Of a DNA stretch of 64,000 bases, positions 52,368-64,000 are shown in pieces; the stretch's first letter is position 1, and each line of letters starts with the position of its first letter. The DNA lies in NCBI GenBank assembly GCA_051294375.1, contig CM119269.1, positions 20,412,371 through 20,476,370 on the forward strand, given 5' to 3'. Origin of the DNA: Paraspadella gotoi. Its lineage: Eukaryota > Animalia > Chaetognatha. Made by a program: the position numbers and the translations under genes. The notes below the pieces were generated by a model. The model saw only the letters and a program-made list of their open reading frames with translations. It searched no databases and had not been told where the DNA came from.

Positions 52368-52924
52368 GACTTGACGGATACAAATTTCTGTGCTTGATTC
52401 GAGTACAGACATTTCTTTGGGAATGGAAAAAGGGTAAGAAACACAGAATAACTGAAGCAAAAAGACTAATTGAAAAAAGAAGTCAAGTTCTCTAGAACTA
52501 AGAAAGAAAATATAATAAAACAGAGGGAAACGAGAACAGGTGGCGACCTCCCGATGGCCCGACGGCCCCAGAGGGCGGGACTATTTCGCTTAAATTAGGA
52601 ATCGAAACGACGGCGATGAAGATCGGGATTATTGGGCGAGAGGGTAAGGGGCGTCGTTAGAATCGGCGGGGTCGCTGGATCGTAACCGGAATTAATATCT
52701 TTGTTTGTGTAATTGGAGTCGGAAGAAAATGGTATCGTATTTTTCATGGAATGATGATGTATAATTTAATGATAATGAGGAAGAAAAGGAGGAAGAGGAA
52801 CGAGGAAAAGAACGACGACGAAATATATGGTCAAGAGGCGATGCAGTAATTGATATTGGCTTTGGCTGAAGGTCGATGAGTTTTAGCGGGGGATTAGAGC
52901 CGGAGAAAAGAGGAGGAAAGTAAA

Positions 52925-53520
52925 AGGAAAAGAAAACGAGGAGGAAAAAAAAGGGGGTAAAGAAGAACGAGGGGAAAAAGGAAAGGCGAGGAAGAAAAAA
53001 CGAAAAAGGGGGTAAAGTAGAATGAGGGAAAAGGAAAAGCGAGGAAGAAAAAAGGAAAAAGGGGGTAAAGAAGAATGTGGGAAAAGGAAAAGAGAGAAAA
53101 AAAAGGAAAGGGATGAAGAAGAATGAGGGGTAAAAGCAAAAGCGAGAAAGAAAAAAGGAAAAGGAGGTAAAGAAGAATGAGGGAAAAGGAAAAGCGAGGA
53201 AGAAAAACGAAAAAGGGGTAAAGTAGAATGAGGGAAAAGGAAAAGCGAGGAAGAAAAAAGAAAAGAGGGGTAAAGAAGAATGTGGGAAAAGGAAAAGTGA
53301 GGAAGAAAAAGGAAAAGGAGGTAAAGAAGAATGAGGGAAAAGGAAAAGCGAGGAAGAAAAAAGGAAAAAGGGGGTAAAGAAGAATGTGGGAAAAGGAAAA
53401 GTGAGGAAGAAAAAAGGAAAAAGGGGGTGAAGAAGAATGAGGGGAAAAAGGAAAAGCGAGGAAGAAAAAAGAAAAAAGGGGGTAAAGAAGAATGAGGGGA
53501 AAAAGGAAAAAGCGAGAAGG
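52925..53520. repeat. Purine-rich minisatellite (~53-60-bp unit, about 10 copies)
   Basis: Repeated ggggtaaagaagaatgagggaaaaggaaaagcgaggaagaaaaaa. Confidence 0.9.
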
Positions 53521-54179
53521 ATAAAAGCGGATAGAGAGAAGTCGGGGCGGAATAAAAACTGGGTTCAGAGGACATGAATCGAGTGAGGCGTGATCCGCGT
53601 GAGTCTTTGGGTGAGGTTAGGATGAGGCGAGAGGTTTGTGAAGATAAGAAATAAGGAATCTCGTCTCAACCGCCTTTTCGTCTTATCTCTCTCTAGCGCT
53701 CCGCGCACTTATCCTCTTCCTCCTCCACCACCCTCAACCCATGGGCTTTCCCCGCCGTCCCTCGACTTTCGTTTTGACGAGATAATCCGAGGTTCCCCCT
53801 TTTTTTTCTGCGGGTGGTGACTTAATATTTCATTAATTTTTCCTTTTTTTTACGTTTAAAAATTATTTGTTACTAGTTTTTTTTTCTTTTCGTACTTGAT
53901 GAATTCCTTCATATTAAATTAATTAATGTTTCTGAGTTGATTAAAACAGTCGAATTTTGCTCGTCCTCTTTAAATTTCTTTCGAAGATCTTTCCTTTTTA
54001 TTTCTTGTTACATCGGGATACTTTTTTTTGTTAATTTACATTTCTTCGCCCTTCAAGCAAACGGCCTGGTTATCGTTTTTCAACGGACAAAGAATAAAAC
54101 CAGACGAGTACCACACTTTGCTGAGTATGTATATTTAAATTTGGTGAAAAGTCAATAGGGTCTTTTCGATTGTCCTCTA

Positions 54180-54312
<133 letters not shown>

Positions 54313-54874
54313 TTTCTCGCCGCGCCATATTCCATCGCCCTGAGTCCCCTAAGCCCCATGCTCAGAATTCAGAAATGGAATATTCAAGCACCCGGAGACG
54401 AAGGGCTCTCAGCACACTACGTCTTCGTAGACCAAACTGAGGTTGAAAGTCTCCAAATATAAAAATATATATAACAAATTTTATTGTTAATACAATTTTA
54501 ACTGAAAAAAAAATATGGTATCCAAAAATATGTTTTTGATAGTTACAAAACCGATATTATCAATATCATCACCATACAAGCATATCTCTCCTTTGGTACA
54601 AATCCGCCCCAATTTCCTTTTAAACCCAACGTGCGGAAACCAGAGCCAGAAAGGCGCCGTTGGAAAATAACCTTGCAAGTCGAATAATTGATGGCCGACG
54701 ACGATGACGACGACGATGGCGACGACGATGATGACGATGTAAGAAACGTTAAAAACAACCAATGACCACTCAAAGGTTTGCATAGACGATTTATCTTTAA
54801 ATGTTAAACATTGATGACTCGTAATTTAAATAATTTTCTGAATGAAATTTACGGGAAAGAGGATTAAATTATCA

Positions 54875-55200
54875 GCAGCGAAGAAGATGACAGCGAGGAC
54901 GAAAACGTTGTCAGCATCGACGACGATGACAGCGATGGCGATGACAGTACGAGGGATGACAGGGAAGACGAGGACGTCAGCGAAGACGTTAGCGACGACG
55001 ACGATAGTAAAGAAGAGGACTAAGACAATGACGATGGTCACAGTTAAGACGACGTCGACAAGGATAATGGTGACGTTTACAACGACAATGACGATGGGTA
55101 GAGCGATGACGATGACAGAGACGATCGTTCCAGCATCAACGAAGACGATGAAAACGACGACGACGACGACGACAGGGACGACGGTGACAGTTACGACGAG
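54875..55200. repeat. Degenerate (GAC/GAT)n tract
   Basis: Asp-rich frame interrupted by three stops. Confidence 0.6.
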
Positions 55201-56477
55201 GTCATCGTCTCTTCATCCGAGTCTATGAATCCGAAATCGAGTCGCGACGCGATTCGCCTTCCAAGGATTTCCTCGTCCGCCCTGGCGACGTGGCCCCCTG
55301 GCGAGGGGCGAAGAAAACGAGGCCGGGATGGGCGGAGATTGAGAGCGGAATGGAAGAAATTCAATGGGAGATTCGAATAAAGAAAATTTGAGAGAAGTGT
55401 ACAAAAAGAAAAAAAAAATTATAAAAAAAGGTTTTTTTTCAGGAATGGAGGAAAATTGAGATGTAAAAAAAGGGAAGTTAAAAAAAAATTAAACACATGA
55501 TTTTGTTTGTATGAACAGTAAATAATAATAATAATTAGGAAGAGACGACGATTAAACAAATAATCCATGAAAAAGAAAACCGAAAAAAAGGTATGACAAA
55601 TACGGGCAAAAATAGAAACAAAAAGATTGTTACGAAAGGCTCTGCCATGGTCATTTTATTCAGATTTTAAAAAAATGGCCAACGAACAGAAAAGAACTGG
55701 AACCGCATAAATAACGTGAGGTTCGTTGGAAACGATTATGCTCTTTCATAATCTCGCCTCGGATAAGATATAATCGCGGTCCTGACGCGATGTGCGATAA
55801 TCGTAAAAGGCGATCGTCAGCACCATCATTTTTTTTTTCTCGGCACCGACATTCCGCCGTGATCATTAACCATGGATCCAACGAGAGAATTTAACCTCGC
55901 TATGGGTTCTCTCTTCCATTCTTATTGCAAACTCCATCGCCAACGTTCCCGCTAATGACGACTCTTCGCGGAGATTATTGTTATAGTATTGTTGAAAGCG
56001 CGCGCGTCTTCTATCTTTCTAATAAGGTTTTATTTGGGACGGTTCCGTCCGCTGATATATAATAAAATTCACGGTGATAATTTTAAAACGTGAGACTCTC
56101 ACCCCGGGAACGACTTCACTCCGAAATTTGGACGGGAGACTTTCACCCCGAAAACAATCTCGCCTCCCTTCTGAAAAGGGATTCTTGACCCGAGAATTTG
56201 ACTGCCGACGTCAGCCGTCGCCTTTGAGGCCAACGGCTTTGAGAAAGTTCATGTCGGTTGGAGACCGGAGAACGGGGGAACAATGCGGAAAGTGAGGGAG
56301 GGAGAGGGAGAGGGAGAAACGCACATAGAACTAGAACAACATCGAGAGGACTATAGAAAAAGGGAGAAAGAGAATGTTACATGTTTGAAGTAAAGGCTCA
56401 CATTTTGTCACTGTCCTTGAAAGCAGAGGATATGCCGAGAGAAAATGAAAGGATGGAGAGAGTGAAGGGCGAGAGAG

Positions 56478-56523
<46 letters not shown>

Positions 56524-57628
56524 TTTCTCGGTTTCCATCAATTTGATTTTTTTCCCTTTCGTGACGTTTTTCCAATCAGAGAAAAAAACCTACAGCGTGA
56601 AAAACTGCACGCGCGGGAGGGTGACTGCAATGAAGCTGACTGCATCCAAATTTACTGCATCGATGTTTACTTTTCAGAAAAGGACTGAAGACAATGAAGC
56701 TGACAGCATCAAAATTAAATGCATAGAGGTTCATATTCAAAAATTTAACCACAATGAGGTTGAATGCTTATAAATTTCAGTTTTATTAACCAAAAAGTTT
56801 TTTTTTAAACTGAAATAGATCTGCGATGATAAAATGTATTTAATCTTTCGAAAAACTATATTAGATCAACAGTATTGCACTGCATCGGAATTGGCAATTT
56901 CAAAGGCAGGAAATACGAACGTTTCCCACGACAACCTCCTTTCCCCGTCTGTTTTGTTTTCTTTTTGTCTCCTTTTCTTTGTTTTCTTTTTTTAAAATTG
57001 TTTCCTGTGCCTGAATGTTTTTCGTGCTCGCCGCGTTAGGAGGGCGAAGGCCTCGCACCCCAGGCCCCACTAGGCCCCCCTGGCCTCTTCTCCTCTACCA
57101 CTAATTCGTCGGAAAACATTTGCCAGAGAATTTGCTCGTCTCTCGATTTTTTTTTTTTTTTTGCTTCTGGCCCTGCTGCTGATGGCCTGAGGCTGCCGCT
57201 GTCCCTGCAGCTGCGGTCGTGGTAGTCGTTTTTCGAGGTTTTTGGTATTCTTTAAAGTTTAGTACGGAATATGTCATGGTACTTCATGTACTTCATATTA
57301 CTTCATGGTGTGTGTGATTAATGGTACTGTATCAGGGAATACAATTAAACCTCATGTCGAAATACCAAGACTCAGATGAATGGAATTAATTTTTCCTCAC
57401 AAAAAGAAAAAAATATATGTGAAAGGGAATAACCCGAACAGAAGAGAAAAAAATTTAAAAAATGAATAAAAGAATAAACAGAAAATAAAAATAATAAATA
57501 AATAAAGGGTGTGCCCGTCGCTGCAGTGGTTTATTTCCCGTTAATGGTCGCTTGGCAACCGCCCGCCCGTCGCGACGTTACGACCGACTCGGAAATTAAT
57601 AAACGGTACACGGAAGAATTGATAAATG

Positions 57629-57732
<104 letters not shown>

Positions 57733-58625
57733 CAGAAAGAGAAGTGGTTGTGTGTGTTTTCGTCTTTGGGGTTTTATGTCTGCTCTTTCGATAAGTTTGG
57801 AACTTATTTATTTGATTTATATTTTGTATTTGGTTTTGAATTCAGACCCTTCAAGTTCGTGTCTTCATTTTATGTCATTTTTCTTTCGTTCCATTATAGT
57901 TCTTATATGTATAATATTCTCATTCCAAGTTTCTCCTCATTTTCGATTCATTTGGTCCAAAATCGTTTTCCGATGTTCTTTTTAAATTAGAATCGCACCT
58001 CGTGACATCTCGTCGTCTTCTCTTTGAGTCTAATGGCCGTCGTCTCTCTCTCTCTCTCTCTCTCCTGATTTCTTCTTTCATAATTCATATCACATTTTAT
58101 TCATTTTCTTTTTGTTTTCCCCACTTTTCTGCTTTTCATTCTTTTCTCTCACTAATGTTCTTCCCTTTTCACTTTTTCTATTTTCATTGAGAATCGGTCA
58201 AGGGTCGAGCGTCAAAACTCAAAGTCATCGAAAAATCGATATATTGTCACAAACGTAAAAACAGAAAAATTCCAAAATTAAAGACACATACCGCTCGCAA
58301 CTAAACGAACCACAAAAAACCTAACCAACGTCGTTCCACCCTAACTCACCACTACCCTGGCGCCGCCGCTTCGCCTCTGCACTCATGTCAATAACCTCAC
58401 CTCCCGCATCCGCCTTCTCCGGTTCCGCCTCCACGATCACCGTCACATCCGCCCGAGACGTTGATTAACTCACCCGAACGTTCCGCATCCTTCTTTTGCC
58501 CATACGCTTCCTCCTCCTCCTCCTCCTCCTCCTCCTCCAAGATTCCATTCTTTGCCCTCAACCAATTCATCATCCCCGATCCCTCTTCTCACATAAACGC
58601 CACCAATTCAGCTAATTCTTCTTCC

Positions 58626-58968
58626 TTTTTAGTTGCGCCGCGAGTACTCTATAATTCACTCTTCGGTCGGTCAGTCGGTCGGTCAGTCGGTTTGTCTGTC
58701 CGTCAGTCTGTCCTACTTACGTTAAAAATGCATATAATTTTCTTATAGTTGATTGCTCATTTGTTAAGACAGAAAAAAAAACTCAAATCTAAGGGACTGC
58801 GAGAGCCGCCTTCAGGAATTCATAAAACCCTAAGGACTAAAAGAGGGAATTTTGCTGCTGTGCATGTCATAAATATACGGGCTTGTCATGTCATATTATA
58901 TGATCAATGGGAAATTCACGTGAAAATAAAGTCACTTCGGCGCAACACATTGGAATTACCGTTCTTTT
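58626..58968 (+). mobile_element. DINE-1/HINE-like element
   Basis: TTTTTAGTTGCGCCGCGAGTACTC, GTCG/GTCY repeats, CGGCGCAACACATTGGAATTACCGTTC. Confidence 0.8.
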
Positions 58969-59526
58969 ACGTATCTTGTTTTTCTTTTCTTTTCTTTTCT
59001 TTTCTTTTCTTTTCCTTTCTTTTCCCCTCTTTTCCTTTCTTTTCCCCTCCTCTCTTTCCTCCTACCTGTGTTAAATCTTTTCCTCCAAGACCGCCATTCT
59101 CCCTCTCTCCCTTTTTTCTATTCTCTCCCTTTTCCGACCTCTTCTTGGCCAGAGCTTTTCCCGAGGAAACGTTAATCTTCCATCATCTCATTTGCTTCCC
59201 AGTTTTACAGATTTTCTGTCTACTCAAATCCTTTTTCTTCGGTTCCTCCTTTTTTCTCATTTCGTCTCTTCTCATTTTTTCCCTCATTCTTTTTTCTTTC
59301 TTTCTCATCTTCTTTGTCTTTCTTTTAACTTTTTTTTTTCGGTTTTTACATTTCCCTAGACACCAAAATTTCTGCAGCACCCAAACCACTGCCTAACTTG
59401 TGTCATTTTCTCTTACATAAAAGAAGAGATCTAAAGGTAAATGTTTAAGCATTTAAATAAAGGAAAGAGAAAAAATGTTATCTTAATTGTTGATCTGGTT
59501 CCTTCCTTCACGTCTACATCCATACT

Positions 59527-59630
<104 letters not shown>

Positions 59631-60699
59631 CTCCTATCTCTCATTTTGGCGCGATTTATGTTCCTTTCAAAGTATCCAGCTCTCGCCTCTTGTTTGGCGC
59701 CCGAGCGAGCCCGAGTGCGCCCGACAAAATCGGAACCTCGAGCCCCATCACGCGCCCGACCACGAGCCGGGCCTGGCAGAGTTCGCGCCCTTAGCTTATT
59801 CCATTTTTGTTTTGAGGCCCCGCCGGAGCATAACTCATGCGGATACGTTATCAGCCTCGGCCTCGTTTTCGAAACCTTTTGTTTTCTTTCTACATTGTTT
59901 ATGATTCTTGTGTTTTTGTTTGTTTTCTCAGGGTTTTTTTTTTAAGATGGTTTTATTCCTCTTTTTTTTACTTTCATGTCCTCTTTATACGATTTTTTTA
60001 AATGAAAAATGATTCATTCATTCATTTAAAAAGTAACATTACCTTATCACATTGTTATATTCTTTCACAACCGGTCGTATTGATCATTGACGCAGCTGTT
60101 GACTCGGATAACTACTACGACAACGACAACGACGTCGACAACGACCATTCTCTGCCCCCTTTAATCGGGAAAGCGGGAGACAAAAGCAATACGTCCCTCC
60201 AAGCCAAAACGCCTTTGATATTCCAACGACTTTTTTTTCTCATGCATGTTGTATCGTCATCTTCCCCTCTTTATTTCATTGTTTATGTCTTAGGGAGACT
60301 TCATGCCCATGACTTTCCACAATAATTTAGAAATGTGAGATCGATGGTTAAGAATTTATGAAAATTTTATAGATTTTTTGCAGCAGGAATATTTCGGTTT
60401 TCCAGGTTAACTTTTTGTATTTTTAACCAAAATACTGACTCACTAAACTACGTTCGATACGAGACTAAATAACGTTTACAAATATCTTCAATCTTCATAT
60501 AAACAAGGTTTATTTCCAGGCAGCGCTCATACGGGTTTTAATGGCTTCACGCCTGTATGGTTTTACATCTTTATGAATTCAAGGAATGGATGTTAAGACT
60601 TCGTCGAATCGATGCTTGGCTTCTCTCTCTCTCTCTCTTATCAGACGTAAAAGTTGTTGTGAAAGCGAATTGCGTCGTTTAGGCGGCGTTGACCTCGCC

Positions 60700-60733
60700 T
60701 GACGTCACGCCTGTGGTAACGAGTCTGACGTCA
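60700..60733. promoter_or_regulatory. Two full CRE palindromes (TGACGTCA)
   Basis: At 60700-60707 and 60726-60733 in a short GC-rich patch. Confidence 0.4.
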
Positions 60734-61085
60734 CTGAAGCCGTGTTTGACTTTTTTTCTTTTTTTTCTTTTTATTCTTAAATTTCTATAATTTCTATAAT
60801 TTTTACCAGTGTTTTATTTTTTTTTCTCTCCAATTGTTCAAAGTCTGTTGATATATAATTATATAGTTTTTAATTTCTTTAACTTTCTTATATTTATGCT
60901 TAAACCTTCCTCCCTTTTCAATTAGCTCTTCGTATTACTTTTTTTAACTTCCTCTTCTCATAAGTTTTTGCACTCGAATCGTTTTTCTCCCGTTGAACGA
61001 TCCAATCATAATTATTTTCTTCCTTTTACGGGAGTTTCTTTCCTTTTATCACCGAGGGGATCACGGCACAAAAAACTATTTTAAG

Positions 61086-61136
<51 letters not shown>

Positions 61137-61679
61137 TAAAGGAGAAAAGAGTGAGGTTGTGACATTGAGGAAGTGACAGAGGGAGAAACTTTCAAAACAT
61201 TTTAAAAGAGAATGATTAACTAAATTTCTCTTACAACAAATCGGATATTTTGTGGTGAAACAGAAAAAGAAATGCACGTAGTTTTAAGTAATGGCAAAGT
61301 TGAAAGTTATTTACTATTTTACAACGTACGTATGTATTTCAATTGAAATATAAACAATCAATGCGAATATTATGAATTGATCTTCAAAGAGAGAGAAAGA
61401 CGAGAGCCGGAGACGAGAGGAGAGAGAGAGAGAGGCGCAGAGAGTCGCACAGTTTATAGTATTCTTCTAGAATATTATTTTAGGAGCAGGATAGAATAAT
61501 ATTAAATAAATAAAGGAATAAAAATGTTGTAAGAAGAAAAGAAAAACGAGAGAGAGGGCGATTGAAGGAGTGATGGCTTCTCATATCCGATGAGTGGAGA
61601 AGAAGACCAGCTTGAATCCCACTTAATGGTACTGTTAGAGAGGAGAGAAGAGAGAGAGGGAGAGAGAAGAGAGAAGACG

Positions 61680-61718
<39 letters not shown>

Positions 61719-61740
61719 AGAGATGAGATGAATTGCAGCA

Positions 61741-61779
<39 letters not shown>

Positions 61780-62428
61780 GAGAGACAGAGAGAGAAAGGG
61801 GGCAGACAGATTCTCAATATTTTTTTTCTTCTCGAGCAATGATATCTTGATGCCCGGTCTCGCTCGCTCTCGCGACAAAGGAGGGCAAATGAGAAATTCA
61901 TAGCGAATTCGTTCAAAAGTCTCTTCTCTCTTTTTATTCCTCATCGTGAATTCAACTCGAATGAAAATTTTATCAAGGATTCCCAACTTCGCTCGGGTAA
62001 TGATCCGTGAAAACAGAAATTGGCTTCACCCTTCACTGATTTTCCATGGAATGAAATGTGAAATATCTCGTGCCGTAGTTTAGAGGATTAAAAGGTGGCG
62101 GATATTGTTAGATGGATCGAACAATCAGGTTTTGGCTGTTTTTCTGGGATCGAATTTGAACCCAATCATCATTTCAAGATTATAAACGATTATAATTATA
62201 TTATAACTGTAAAAAGGTAATGATTACGTATATATTTAACTCTCAGAAAGGCGTTTTGTTGCGGAAAGAAACGTATACAAAATAAAATAAACTGGTTTGA
62301 AAACAAAGAAAAGTTGTAAAAGAAAAATGTGAAAAGAGGGAAACAACTGGAAAACTATAACTAGAAATATAATTCGGTGAACTCCTTCTTTGCACAACGA
62401 AGAGTGAGAGAGAGAGAGAGAGAGAGAT

Positions 62429-62489
<61 letters not shown>

Positions 62490-62724
62490 CGCTCACTCTG
62501 TTTTTCCATCACTATTTTCCAGGCCGCGAATTTTTCCCCCTATTTTTTATTTTTGACAAAGAAAATCGTTTTTGTTGTTCAAGAACCGGAATTCTATTTC
62601 GCTGTGAAAATGGAGTGAAAAATAAAAGCGCGAAAATAAAACTGGGTTCACTGTGCGAGAAAAATAAAAGCGCAGGAATAAAACAGATTTCACTGTGAGA
62701 ATACGAATCATCAAAGATTTCCTT

Positions 62725-62982
62725 TTATGGCAAAGGGGAGAAAAGTGTGATGTCCGGGGTGTGAGGCATCTGCCGACACCTTGCGCTCAAGGATTTTGAC
62801 CTGCTTTGACCTGCCCAGGTCACTGGCGTGTTTATGCCAACAACATCACACTTAACCAGAGAGACCGTGAGGGGATTGCACCCGGAACTCACAGTTGGTG
62901 AACGAATACTTAGCTGTTCAAGTCAATCGGACGAGCAGAGTTTCTCCAAGCTATACAGGAGGTGAATTTAGGATTCACCACA
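62725..62982 (-). mobile_element. Family 2 SINE-like element
   Basis: Terminal hairpin GGTGAAT/ATTCACC; body homologous to the 28349 and 51203 copies. Confidence 0.75.
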
Positions 62983-63806
62983 CTTTCCTCTTTTTTGCCC
63001 GTTTGTATCGTTAGAATTCATTTTCTAGTAATCGTTAGAATAAGAATTCATTTTCAAGTAATCGTACACATGGGCTGATCCACTTCGTGACTGCATTTTT
63101 TCAACACTTACCTCCCCCTTTGCTTGTCCGTTCATTCTTTCGCAAAGAATCCTCATTCTTTCTTTTTCTTTTTATATTTCTTTTCTTTTTTTTCCTAAAA
63201 ATCCTCCCGAAACACATTCTCTCTTTCCCTTTTTTGTCTTACCCTCCGCTCTTACAAACCACTATCTGAGTTCTATGGCCAAATCCCATCCATGATTTAT
63301 GCGGGATCTCCCCTTCTCCTTCTCACTCTCTTTCTTTCTTTTTTTCTTTCTTTTTCCATGACGGAGAAAATCCCTTCTTGTTCATGACCCAATTCTTGGG
63401 CGAATGGATCATACTACATGGACGCGGTTTTTTTTTTTATGTTTCTCGTGATTTTCAATTTTCGTTCGAATTTCGATTACGCTCTTGTCGTGAGAAACAC
63501 AAGGACGTTAAAATCCCAAGCCTATGTGGCCATATGTGCATTTTCTATGCTCGTACGTTGCCCATAGGGATTTCTAGTCAAAAAAGTTATATCCACGTCA
63601 CTATGTATCAAAGACAACCAGGGCACGGACGTCATTGCGGATTGAGGACAATGTCGATGACCCTCGCGTCTGATGAAAAAGATTCGGAGAGACAAACGCG
63701 ACTCATTAATCAAACGCGCGACGAGGGAGACAACCGACGTCCGCGAGCGACGAGAAGAATTGCCAAGGCATTCGTCTCTCTCTCTCTCTCTCTCTCTCTC
63801 TGTTCT

Positions 63807-63881
<75 letters not shown>

Positions 63882-64000
63882 CACTCCTTCTCGATCTTTC
63901 AATAAGCATCAACTTACGCCCTCTTGAGAACACCTCACCCGGAAACGCGATCCTTAGGAAACAAAAGACGAAATGAAAGTGGAGAATAAATAGGGAAGCT

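Noticed and set aside
55201-56290. Possible minus-strand exons in GC-rich patches
   Set aside because: No consistent frame or recognisable domain could be assembled

Overview
AT-rich eukaryotic (most likely invertebrate metazoan) genomic DNA from an error-prone long-read assembly, with three ~25-N gaps and frequent single-base indels, dense in (AG)n, (GAC)n, (AAAG)n and (ATC)n microsatellites. Most ORFs in the supplied track are low-complexity artefacts; the real genes are spliced and had to be rebuilt by eye. The left third holds a minus-strand cluster of three strongly diverged paralogs (A, B, C, plus a near-identical second copy A'). Each appears to encode signal peptide + Cys-paired Ig-like ectodomain + stalk + membrane anchor, with different C-termini: GPI-like, TM with short tail, or TM with Tyr-motif tail. 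Further right are a transmembrane RING-H2 E3 ligase gene, two tandem intact genes for secreted Arg-rich 4-Cys proteins, a two-exon gene start resembling a DEG/ENaC N-terminus, and a CARD-like exon with stops. Mobile DNA includes a 3.1-kb TA-flanked foldback palindrome, five minimal type I hammerhead ribozymes (Penelope-like), DINE-1/HINE-like Helentron elements and three tRNA-derived SINE-like families. All family assignments are from motif recognition by eye; no database search was run.
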